From Alicyclobacillus sp. (GTDB lineage Bacteria > Bacillota > Bacilli > Alicyclobacillales > Alicyclobacillaceae): a stretch of DNA of 55,724 nt. Of this stretch, positions 28,441-36,790 are shown one piece after another (position 1 is the stretch's first letter; each line of letters starts with the position of its first letter). The stretch is taken from assembly GCA_023512635.1 (NCBI GenBank), contig JAILZF010000001.1, positions 1 through 55,724 of the forward strand, given 5' to 3'. The notes under the pieces were generated by a model that did no database searches, was not told the DNA's origin, and saw nothing but the letters and a program-made list of their open reading frames with translations. Both the position numbers and the translations under genes were made by a program.

Positions 28441-28471
28441 GATGGATGAACCGCCCCTGTGCAAGACGCAT

Positions 28472-28509
28472 CCCCGGCGGTCCGCGACGAGCAGATTCGG
28501 ACGCCGGGG
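28472..28509 (+). terminator. hairpin downstream of panD
   Basis: CCCCGGCGGTCCG-N13-CGGACGCCGGGG forms a 12-bp stem with one bulge. The T-rich stretch occurs only about 25 nt further on. Confidence 0.35.
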
Positions 28510-28612
28510 ACTCGCTGGACCTTTGTTGCTGCTTTTTTCAAGCTCATTTCAACAATGGGGAGGTATGACTGGAGAGGAAGGGGACCCGAGGTCAAAGCCA
28601 AGGAGGGTGCTT

Positions 28613-29146
28613 ATGGGTGTGCGCAGCTTCGCAGGATGGGTTTTCCAGTTCTTTTGTCGAAGCGCTCAGCCCCGCCGCGGCCTGCGCTTTCTCGCTGGCG
28701 GTGCCGGAAGCGCCCTCGTCGATTACGGGGTCCTCGCCGGCTTAACCACCGGGATCGCCCGACCCAGTGGTCTGCAACTGGCTTGCGCCAACACCCTGGC
28801 CGTGCTCTGTGCCCTTCTGTACAGCTACCTTTGGAACCGGCACTGGACGTTTGCGGCAACCGCCGACGGCAGCCGCCAGGAGAAACGCCGCTTTGTCCTG
28901 GCGGCCACGGTCAACCTGGCGGTCAACAACGGCGTGTTGCTGACCGGCCAAAGCATCCTTGGGGTGTGGTCACCCCAGTGGGCCGGCGTCAACGTCGCAA
29001 AGTGGGTGGCGATGGCCTTGTCCTCCATCGTCATGTACGCTTTGCTCAGAGGGTACGTGTTCAAACGTTCGCAGCAGAGCGGGAAGCATCCGCAGCAGCA
29101 CGGTACTCAGCCGTCACCTTCGTGTGAATGCCCCCACGCACGGTAA
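28613..29146 (+). CDS. GtrA-family membrane protein
   Basis: [21 protein letters not shown]... and [12 protein letters not shown] are typical of GtrA. ATG 28613 is preceded by AAGGAGGG. Confidence 0.75.
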   Translation: MGVRSFAGWVFQFFCRSAQPRRGLRFLAGGAGSALVDYGVLAGLTTGIARPSGLQLACANTLAVLCALLYSYLWNRHWTFAATADGSRQEKRRFVLAATVNLAVNNGVLLTGQSILGVWSPQWAGVNVAKWVAMALSSIVMYALLRGYVFKRSQQSGKHPQQHGTQPSPSCECPHAR

Positions 29147-29447
29147 ACTCACCACAGACACGGGCATACCGCGGTTGAGCAGCCGCTACAAAATCGTTCA
29201 AAATCAGGTTGACCACATCTTCGTGAAAGTGGCCTTCGTTGCGATAGCTCCAAAGATACAGCTTGAGCGATTTCAACTCGACCAAGTGCTCCCCGGGCTG
29301 ATAGTGGATCGTGATGGTTGCAAAATCGGGTTGCCCCGTCATCGGACACAACGTTGTAAACTCCGCCGTCGACATTTCTACATCGTACACCCGATCCGGA
29401 TGTGGATTAGGTACAACCACCAGCTGTTTGGATGGTTGCGTCGTCAT
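29061..29447 (-). CDS. queF: NADPH-dependent 7-cyano-7-deazaguanine reductase
   Basis: [21 protein letters not shown] contains the catalytic Cys, and the GHFHE motif is present. Length is 128 aa, with a GGGGGAGGAG RBS. Confidence 0.9.
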   Translation of the reverse strand: MTTQPSKQLVVVPNPHPDRVYDVEMSTAEFTTLCPMTGQPDFATITIHYQPGEHLVELKSLKLYLWSYRNEGHFHEDVVNLILNDFVAAAQPRYARVCGEFTVRGGIHTKVTAEYRAAADASRSAANV

Positions 29448-29731
29448 GGTTCTCCTCCCCCTCTGCCAAGGCCTCCGGCCTCCCCAACGGGTGACCCGAA
29501 AGCCCTTGGTGGCGCAGCTCCCCAGCGGGAAAAGCGGCCTCTTTCGCCAGCTGACGCCCCCACTATAACGGGCTCCCTAGCGGCAGGCAACCTTTTTTTA
29601 AAAGGTCCCACCGCCGAACACAGAACCCTGGTCCCTGCCAGCGTTCACCCCAGCCACTGCCACCACTTCCCGGTCAACCTGCGTGGTATCCTGTAACACA
29701 AGACCAGATTGAGCGTCAAGAGGGATGGCAG

Positions 29732-31255
29732 ATGACAATTCCTGCAGGGTTCGCTGAACACATGCAACACTGGCTGGGCAGCGAGTGGTCCGCCTTGGCT
29801 GACGCCTTCACGGAACCCGCTTGGCGTGGGGTACGTCTGCTGCGCTGGCAAGACGCCCCAACATCCGCCGCCACTGCCCAAACCCCCGCTCCCAGCCCCG
29901 AGTCCGCCCCGTCAACAACCGGCCTGGCCGTGGCTACCCCCCTGCTGCCGCTGCCCACGGCCGTGCACGCTTGGTTGGGCGATCCCGTACCTTGGTCCCC
30001 CGCCTGTTACTACGTGCCAGCCCAAGCACCCCTTGGCCGCTTGTTTTACCACGAGCTGGGCGCTTACTACCTGCAAGAGCCGTCCGCCATGGCACCGGCC
30101 ACCGCCCTTGCCGTGCAGCCCGGGGAGCGGGTCCTCGACCTGTGCGCAGCTCCCGGCGGCAAAGCCATCGCGCTCGGGTGGCAGATGCGCGGCCAGGGGG
30201 TGTTGGTGGCCAACGACATCCACCCGCAGCGGGCGCGCGTGCTAGCAGAAAACCTGGAGCGCTGCGGCGTGCCCGCCGCCGTGCTGCAGGAGCGGCCAGA
30301 ACACCTGGCGGCAGCATGGCCTGGCGTCTTTGACGCCGTCTTGGTGGACGCGCCTTGTTCGGGTGAAGGCATGTTTCGCAAAGACCCTGCAGCGGTCCAA
30401 GAATGGAACCCCCAAGCCCCGGAACGGTGTGCTGAACGCCAGCGCCACATCCTCGGCCATGCCCTGCGCCTCGTACGCCCCGGCGGGCGACTGGTGTACT
30501 CGACGTGTACGTTGAACCCGCTGGAAAACGAGCAGGTCATCGATTGGGCGTTGCAACACTTTGACGTAGAACTGCTGCCCCTGCCAGACTGGCCGGGATG
30601 GGACAGCGGCCGCCCTGACTGGTCTGGTCACAAGGAACGGCCGGAACTTGCCCGCACACGCCGCTTATGGCCGCACCGCGGCCGCGGCGAAGGACACTTT
30701 GTCGCCCTGTTGCGTGTTTTATCCACCCCTGACCTCCCTTCCTTGCCTGCGGCTCCACGCGCGCAGCGCTTGGTCACCGGACACCGGTCAAACCGCCCAA
30801 CCCCCGCGCGTACCCGTTCCGCCACAGCGCTGCCGTGGGCGGACTGGCTGGCCACGGCCCCTCTTGCAGCCTGGCTTGCCCCCATCCAACTTGGCCAGAC
30901 ATGGTACGCCAGTTGCTTGCCGGCGCCGGCCACCCACTTGCGCGTCCTGCGCCCGGGGCTGCCTTTGGCCTGGATGGGGCGGGACCGGCCACTCCCTCAC
31001 CACGCCCTCGCCCTGGCCCTTGCGGCTGGCAGCGCCCGGCAAGCGCTCTCTCTCCAGCCGGATGCGGCCATCCGCTACATCCAGGGAGAACCCTTGCCGC
31101 CAGCGCCCTACCCAGGCTGGGTCTGGCTGCAGGTCGACGGACTGCCTGTGGGCTGGGGTCACAGCAACCGGGATCGCATCAACAACCACTACCCCAAAGG
31201 GTTGCGCCGTCTAACCTTTGGCCCGCAGGAGAATCCTTTGCGACTGAGTGAATAA
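29732..31255 (+). CDS. NOL1/NOP2/Sun-family rRNA m5C methyltransferase (RsmF/YebU-like)
   Basis: SAM motif DLCAAPGGKA and catalytic motifs DAPCSGEGMFRKDP and YSTCT, plus a C-terminal PUA-like extension. Confidence 0.85.
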   Translation: MTIPAGFAEHMQHWLGSEWSALADAFTEPAWRGVRLLRWQDAPTSAATAQTPAPSPESAPSTTGLAVATPLLPLPTAVHAWLGDPVPWSPACYYVPAQAPLGRLFYHELGAYYLQEPSAMAPATALAVQPGERVLDLCAAPGGKAIALGWQMRGQGVLVANDIHPQRARVLAENLERCGVPAAVLQERPEHLAAAWPGVFDAVLVDAPCSGEGMFRKDPAAVQEWNPQAPERCAERQRHILGHALRLVRPGGRLVYSTCTLNPLENEQVIDWALQHFDVELLPLPDWPGWDSGRPDWSGHKERPELARTRRLWPHRGRGEGHFVALLRVLSTPDLPSLPAAPRAQRLVTGHRSNRPTPARTRSATALPWADWLATAPLAAWLAPIQLGQTWYASCLPAPATHLRVLRPGLPLAWMGRDRPLPHHALALALAAGSARQALSLQPDAAIRYIQGEPLPPAPYPGWVWLQVDGLPVGWGHSNRDRINNHYPKGLRRLTFGPQENPLRLSE

Positions 31256-31270
31256 ATTTGAATTAAGCGT

Positions 31271-31308
31271 TTGACATTATTTAAATATGGTTTGACTTTG
31301 TTTATAAT
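31271..31308 (+). promoter_or_regulatory. AT-rich promoter/operator region of the DUF2089 operon
   Basis: TATAAT at 31303-31308, with TTTAAA 17 nt upstream. Two direct repeats of GTTTGAC(A/T)TT lie at 31269-31278 and 31290-31299, in an otherwise GC-rich genome. Confidence 0.45.
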
Positions 31309-31389
31309 GAGATCAAGCATAGAACCAGACCCTTTCGGAGAGGGACGGCGGCTCGCCCTCCCCGCCCGAGAGAATGAGGAGGGGACACC

Positions 31390-31794
31390 GTGGCTTATTC
31401 CATTCCCTGGTCCTGTCCGGCGTGTGCAGAGCAGATGGCCGTTACCGAGCTCACGTGTCCGCACTGCGCCACCAAGGTCCAAGGCGTGTTTGCCGCCCCT
31501 GGCCCGTTTCGCTGGACAACGGAGCAATGGCAGTTTGTCGAGGTGTTCTTGCGTTGCCGCGGCAATATCCGCGAAGTCGAACGCGAGTTAAACCTGTCCT
31601 ATCCGACGGTGCGCGCCCGCCTCGACCAGGTGATCCAAGCCATGGGCTACGCTTCAGGCAAGGCGTCTGCTCAGTTCACCCCTGAAGCTGGGTTGGACGT
31701 ATCTCCCGCTGGGGTGTTGGACGCCTTGGGGAGCGGGGAATTGACGTTTGAAGAAGCCCTCCGCCGGTTAAAGGAGGATCGTTTATCGAGATGA
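31390..31794 (+). CDS. DUF2089-family protein (zinc ribbon plus HTH)
   Basis: CPACAEQMAVTELTCPHCATKV is a zinc ribbon. It is followed by FVEVFLRCRGNIREVERELNLSYPTVRARLDQV. GTG 31390 is preceded by GAGGAGGGG. Confidence 0.8.
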   Translation: MAYSIPWSCPACAEQMAVTELTCPHCATKVQGVFAAPGPFRWTTEQWQFVEVFLRCRGNIREVERELNLSYPTVRARLDQVIQAMGYASGKASAQFTPEAGLDVSPAGVLDALGSGELTFEEALRRLKEDRLSR

Positions 31795-32807
31795 AAGAGC
31801 GCATGAAAATCTTACAGTTGTTGCAGGAAGGCAAGTTAACCGCAGAACAGGCCGAGCTGCTGCTGGCCGCCTTGGAAGAACCGGAACAGGCGGCAGCACC
31901 CGCCTGGCGGGCGTATGCCAAACGCACGTGGAGTGAATGGAACCGGCGCGTCCCTTTGCACGAGTGGCGGCAACTGGGCAGCCAGCTGTCGACCGTCGTC
32001 TCCCAGTCACTGGGAGACGTGCGCCGCGCCTTGGAACAGCAAAAACGCACCCTCGAGCAACAGCTAGAGTTGTGGACCCAGTCCGCCGCGCTGGCTGTCA
32101 CCCAAGACGTGCCCTTGCCTGAGGCTTGCCGGCACCTGGTGGTACAGACCGGGCGCGGCCGAATCCAAGTCTTTCCGGCTAGTGCCGGTGCAGCCCGCGT
32201 GCATGTGCGGGCCCGTGTGCACACCAGCGACCTGGCCTCCGCGCAGCAGGCCTTGGCGGCAGCCGTTCAGGTACGCCAGCACGAGGACAGATGCGAAGTC
32301 GCCATCCTGCCGGCGGGCAAAGAGCAAGCGCCCGAACTGATCAGCGCCGACCTGGACGTCTGGCTGCCGGAGACAGTGGACACCGTGTTTGCCCGCCTCC
32401 AGCAGGGGACATTGTGGGCAGAGGCTGTGACCGCGGAAGAGCTGTCGGCCGAAACAGACCGCGGCCAAGTGGTCCTCGTCCACCCGAATGTTCAGCGGGT
32501 ACGGGCCATTGCCGGACATGGCCCGATTCACCTGCAAGGCGGCTGGGGGCCGCGCTGCCGCAGCGTATATCTGGAAGCCTTGGACGGCAACCTGAGGGTG
32601 GACGGCATCCCAGCGGACAGTGCCCTGTCGGGCGTGGTGACGGCCGCCGCAGGCAAAGCAGACCTGGACAGCGAACGGTTCATGGCAGAAGCCAGTGATG
32701 AAGGCAAGCGGACCACGGTTCGGTTCCGCCAGCGGCAAGAACTGCCCGACCGCGACCCCGTCGTGCTGCACCTGCTGGCCGTGCGCGGGACGGTGCAGGT
32801 GCGTTAA
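31791..32807 (+). CDS. SHOCT-like N-terminal helix plus DUF4097-like beta-repeat protein
   Basis: MKERMKILQLLQEGKLTAEQAELLLAALEE, then repeated beta-strand-like segments. It is coupled to the DUF2089 gene by an ATGA overlap. Confidence 0.6.
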   Translation: MKERMKILQLLQEGKLTAEQAELLLAALEEPEQAAAPAWRAYAKRTWSEWNRRVPLHEWRQLGSQLSTVVSQSLGDVRRALEQQKRTLEQQLELWTQSAALAVTQDVPLPEACRHLVVQTGRGRIQVFPASAGAARVHVRARVHTSDLASAQQALAAAVQVRQHEDRCEVAILPAGKEQAPELISADLDVWLPETVDTVFARLQQGTLWAEAVTAEELSAETDRGQVVLVHPNVQRVRAIAGHGPIHLQGGWGPRCRSVYLEALDGNLRVDGIPADSALSGVVTAAAGKADLDSERFMAEASDEGKRTTVRFRQRQELPDRDPVVLHLLAVRGTVQVR

Positions 32808-32950
32808 TCTGCGCAGCTGCTGAGCTGCGCAAGCGCGCATATAAACTTTCTAGTCCGGTCCGTCGCCCGCCTTGACGCTGCCAGGCACGGGCCAGCGGGA
32901 AGCGGTGCACGCCCGCCGGGCGCCGTACCTGTGCCAGAGGAGGGAAAGGG

Positions 32951-33097
32951 ATGGACCGGGCTCATCCGCTCTACTTAATCCTCTGTATAGCGGCCGCCCT
33001 GGCTCTGCAAGCGGTGCTGTTGTGGAAGTTGCGCGGCAGCATGGAGCGCGCCTCCACCGCAGAGCCGCCGCGCCCCGACAGGGAAACCCAATCGTAG
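32951..33097 (+). CDS. candidate 48-aa single-TM small protein (below the ORF-track length cutoff)
   Basis: My own translation gives MDRAHPLYLILCIAAALALQAVLLWKLRGSMERASTAEPPRPDRETQS. GGAGGG lies 6 nt upstream of the ATG. Confidence 0.35.
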   Translation: MDRAHPLYLILCIAAALALQAVLLWKLRGSMERASTAEPPRPDRETQS

Positions 33098-33138
33098 TGC
33101 TGTACCGGACTCGGCCCTGCGGCTGGGTCCGGCGCTGT

Positions 33139-34356
33139 TTACAGGCCAGGGTTTGCTGACGGGTCTGAACGCGGCGCCAGGCCTGCATCCGCAGCGGTCA
33201 CTGGCGGCTTGCGCAGCCAAGCGGCCAACCGCTCCACGTCATCTTCATGGTTGTACACCGCTACCGACGCACACAACGCGCTGCCGTCTGGCGTGACCCC
33301 GAGATAAAGCTGGGCATCCCGCGCCGCTGCCGCCAGCCGTTCTGGGGCCACTTGGTTCAGTCGAAAACAGATCATTCCGGCACGCGCCGCCCGCGGCGTC
33401 AACACCTCCACCCCTGGCACGTCCACCAAGGCCTGCCACAACTGGCCGCTTAACCCACGTACCCGTTCCCCGATGTACTCCCAGCCGGCCTGCGTGCGCA
33501 GCAACCGCAAGCTGGCGAGCCAGGCATGCCAGTTGGCTAAAGCGCTGTCTGCCCACTCCAGCCGGCGGGCATCTGGTGCACCCAAAAACATCCCAAACTC
33601 GTCCAGCGCACGCGGACTGCGCAAACCCGCCGGGCCAAGCCAAACGGGGTCGAGTCCTGACAGTTGGGACGCCCGGACGTACAGCACCCCTGTCCCGTCC
33701 GGGCCACACAGCCAGTGCTGACCCGCACAGGCGTACGCGTCGACACCAGCCGCCGTGACATGGAGAAAATCCGCTCCTGCTCCCCAGCTGCCTTCCACCA
33801 ACAAGGCGGCTTGCCGTTCGTGCACCACGGGCGCCAGCGCTTCCACAGGCAGGCGGATGCCGCTGCCCGGGGCGACGTGTGCACACACCACCAACCGCGT
33901 GCGCCCCGACCACGCCGCCATCAGGTTGGCCAGCCAGGCCTCAGGGTCGGCTGTCACCGGCACGCTCCGCAAGACCACACCCCGCCGCAGTTTCTGTGCG
34001 TACAAAGGTAACAGAACAGCCGGGCTGTCCAGTCCGCTGTACAACACCTCGTCCCCCGCCTGCAGGGGCCACGCCCAGAGCGCCAGGTTGAGCGCCTGCA
34101 CAGGCCCTTCCGTCAGAGCCAGCGCCGCCGCGTCACAGTGCAGGACGTGCGCGAGCTGCGCTTTGACTTCCGCGCGGACGGCGCGCAGTTGCTCGCTGTA
34201 ATGGGTGCGATGGCGACCTTGTTGCACCACTTGTTCCCAGACGTCACGCGCCGCCTCGCCCGCGCAGTCCGGCAGCAAACCGCAAGCCGCGGTGTCCAGG
34301 TACGTTCCCAGCCGTGCGGCAGGGAAGTAGCGGCGCAAGCTGTCGGCCAAAGCCAT
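33139..34356 (-). CDS. class V aminotransferase-fold PLP enzyme (cysteine desulfurase/epimerase-like)
   Basis: 405 aa with a class-V fold layout (YLDTAACGLLP...). The RBS is GAGGAGGGGG. The substrate cannot be assigned from the sequence. Confidence 0.7.
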   Translation of the reverse strand: MALADSLRRYFPAARLGTYLDTAACGLLPDCAGEAARDVWEQVVQQGRHRTHYSEQLRAVRAEVKAQLAHVLHCDAAALALTEGPVQALNLALWAWPLQAGDEVLYSGLDSPAVLLPLYAQKLRRGVVLRSVPVTADPEAWLANLMAAWSGRTRLVVCAHVAPGSGIRLPVEALAPVVHERQAALLVEGSWGAGADFLHVTAAGVDAYACAGQHWLCGPDGTGVLYVRASQLSGLDPVWLGPAGLRSPRALDEFGMFLGAPDARRLEWADSALANWHAWLASLRLLRTQAGWEYIGERVRGLSGQLWQALVDVPGVEVLTPRAARAGMICFRLNQVAPERLAAAARDAQLYLGVTPDGSALCASVAVYNHEDDVERLAAWLRKPPVTAADAGLAPRSDPSANPGL

Positions 34357-34391
34357 GATTCCCCCTCCTCAGCAGGCCCCGCTGGCCATGC

Positions 34392-35330
34392 TTAACGCTC
34401 AGGGCGCAATTGGAACCGCGTGAACGAACCGCTGCGCCCAGCCCCGGCCACACGGTAGACCACCTGCCGGTTGGGGATGCGCTGGACGTCCGTCACCTGA
34501 CCCCTGCAGTTCCACGGGATCACCCAGACCGACTCCCCTGGCTGAAAAAGGGCAGGTTCGTCCACCACGTCTTTGCCGTCGTCGTAGGCCCGGATATCGT
34601 ACCCGCCGGTGACCAGCGTGACCGTGCCGTTGAGTTGCTGACTGTCCTCACGGCAGAGAAAGGCAATGACGCGCGCTACGTCTTCGCCCACCGGCGGGCG
34701 CCCCAACCGGTCGTCCGCCTCAGGCAGGTCGGCCACGCGTTTCATCTTATTTTCGCCGCGGATGTCTCCCGGGCAGACCATGTTGGCTGTAATCCCGTTC
34801 TGCCGCTCTTCGCGTGCAATCGACCGCGTTAACGCAGCCAGGCCGCTTTTGGCTGCTGCGTAGGCGGCGCGAAACCGCCAGCCGGCCGCCTCGCCAGCAC
34901 CGTCGTAGCCGACCGTGACAATCCGTCCAAAGCCGCGGGATCGCATACCGTGGACCAGTTCTCGGTACAGCCAGAAAAAGTTGCTCAGGTTGCCGTCCAG
35001 CATCTGCTGCCAACGCTCATCGCTGTACTCGGCGAGCGGGATTCGCTCAAAGACAAACGGGCCAAAGTTGTGGATCAGCGCGTCCAGCGCGGCAAATTCA
35101 CGCTGGGCCTGGGCGGCTGCAGCCAACACCTGCTGCCGGTCGTACAGGTCGGCCACCGCAAACGCGGCGCGCCGGCCAGCTCGTTCTGCCTCTGCCACCA
35201 GCCACCGCGCACGGTCGACGCTGGTGTGACACGTAAAAAACACATCCCAGCCGGACGCCAAAAGGGCACGCACAATAGCAAACCCCAAACCGCGGGCGCC
35301 GCTGGTGACAAAGGCTGCACGCGCGCTCAT
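34392..35330 (-). CDS. SDR-family oxidoreductase with a C-terminal extension of about 70 aa
   Basis: TSGARGLG cofactor motif and YAAAK catalytic motif. An extra C-terminal segment (WVIPWNCRGQVTDVQRIPNRQVVYRV...) follows the SDR core. Confidence 0.8.
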   Translation of the reverse strand: MSARAAFVTSGARGLGFAIVRALLASGWDVFFTCHTSVDRARWLVAEAERAGRRAAFAVADLYDRQQVLAAAAQAQREFAALDALIHNFGPFVFERIPLAEYSDERWQQMLDGNLSNFFWLYRELVHGMRSRGFGRIVTVGYDGAGEAAGWRFRAAYAAAKSGLAALTRSIAREERQNGITANMVCPGDIRGENKMKRVADLPEADDRLGRPPVGEDVARVIAFLCREDSQQLNGTVTLVTGGYDIRAYDDGKDVVDEPALFQPGESVWVIPWNCRGQVTDVQRIPNRQVVYRVAGAGRSGSFTRFQLRPER

Positions 35331-35470
35331 GCGGGGATCGGACTCCTTCCGTAAAAAGCAGGGCCTGTACAGCTTGGCCGTGCTCGCCTAAGATGAAAGT
35401 ATCCCGACATCCTGCCATACACATGACGGTAACCCGGCGTATCAGACCCCATTCGTGCGGGAGGTGTCCC

Positions 35471-35812
35471 ATGACGTTTAAATTGGATCCTCGCCTGGGC
35501 ATTGAGTTGCCTGCGTTCGACCGGCCGTACGAAGAGATGGACGCTGCGGAGCAAGAGGCCGTGCTCGTGAGGTGGGAGCAGATTCGCGCGAAAATTCCGG
35601 ATCAAATCGTCCACTTCGAGCGTATCATTGAGGACTTGTTAGACCAAGTGCACCACGAGGAAGACTGGGACGTCATCTCTGCGCACTTTGCGGACATTGC
35701 GGACTACGCCAGCCGCATCCACGAGTTGAATACGTGGCGGCGCGTCGATCCGTCGGTCGGTCATGTGCCTGGGCAGGACCACGCCCAAGAACACCGTGAC
35801 CGCGAGAAATAA
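35471..35812 (+). CDS. hypothetical acidic protein (113 aa)
   Basis: ATG 35471 is preceded by GGGAGGTG. No family was recognised. Confidence 0.45.
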   Translation: MTFKLDPRLGIELPAFDRPYEEMDAAEQEAVLVRWEQIRAKIPDQIVHFERIIEDLLDQVHHEEDWDVISAHFADIADYASRIHELNTWRRVDPSVGHVPGQDHAQEHRDREK

Positions 35813-35891
35813 CCCGCCCGCCAGCCTGCACGCCGAGTGCCATGCCCTGCCAGCGCGGCACTCGGCAGCCTCCCTGCTGTCGCCACCCTGG

Positions 35892-36473
35892 TCAATCCGC
35901 CGCGGCTGGTTGGGTGGGACCTTCGGTTTCCCGCCGGTGCTCCACGATGTCCACCGTAGCGATGCGCACGTCGCGCAGCGGCCGGCTGAGCTCTCCCATG
36001 GAGTTGGGCCCCACGGGCGTCTGGGCAATCGCCTGTACGACCTCCATGCCCTCGCTGACGATGCCAAACACGGTGTAATGGGGATAACGGTTCAAGTTGC
36101 GCGAATGCTCCCCCGTGCAAATAAAAAACTGCGAACCATTGGTATCCGGACCGGCGTTGGCCATGGCCACCACCCCCGGCTCGTACGGCACAGCGGGTGG
36201 CAGTTCGTCTGGAAACTGATAACCAGGTCCCCCCGCACCCGTCCCTGTGGGATCACCCGTTTGAATCACGAAGTCTGGGACAATCCGGTGGAACACCACC
36301 CCGTCATAGTAACCGTCACGCGCCAGCGCCACAAAGTTGTTCACGGTCAACGGCGCTTTTTGGCTCAGCAGCTCCACGGTAAAGTCACCTTCGCTGGTGC
36401 GAATGACCGCCTGGTAACGCACCCCCGGGACCAGTTGCATGGCCGGCGGATGAGCATGATGACGTGCGCTCAT
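35892..36473 (-). CDS. ppiB: cyclophilin-type peptidyl-prolyl cis-trans isomerase
   Basis: YYDGVVFHRIVPDFVIQTGDPTGTGAGGPGY and MANAGPDTNGSQFFI. The start was trimmed to ATG 36473. Confidence 0.9.
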   Translation of the reverse strand: MSARHHAHPPAMQLVPGVRYQAVIRTSEGDFTVELLSQKAPLTVNNFVALARDGYYDGVVFHRIVPDFVIQTGDPTGTGAGGPGYQFPDELPPAVPYEPGVVAMANAGPDTNGSQFFICTGEHSRNLNRYPHYTVFGIVSEGMEVVQAIAQTPVGPNSMGELSRPLRDVRIATVDIVEHRRETEGPTQPAAAD

Positions 36474-36790
36474 AAAGCCACCCTCTTTTCTTTGTCGCCC
36501 CTGGTGCACCGTTGGGTGAACAGGAGAGAGCTGGAACTGGCCCCATCCTACCACAGTCCAGCGGCAGACGTCCACTTGCCGTGTACGTACGTAAACGGCC
36601 AACCCTTCCCGTCCGCCGGTCCCGTCAAGCCCAAGCTAGCAGCTGGTCTGTGAACCCATTAGAATAAAAGCGGTGGAGCAGGGGCCTGCCGCTCCAGGAC
36701 AGCCAGGGGGTCAACAAGACCGTTCAACTGGACGCGTCCAAGGCTGACTGAGTGAGCACCAGTCCGCTCCAAGGGAAGGAGAAACCGCAC

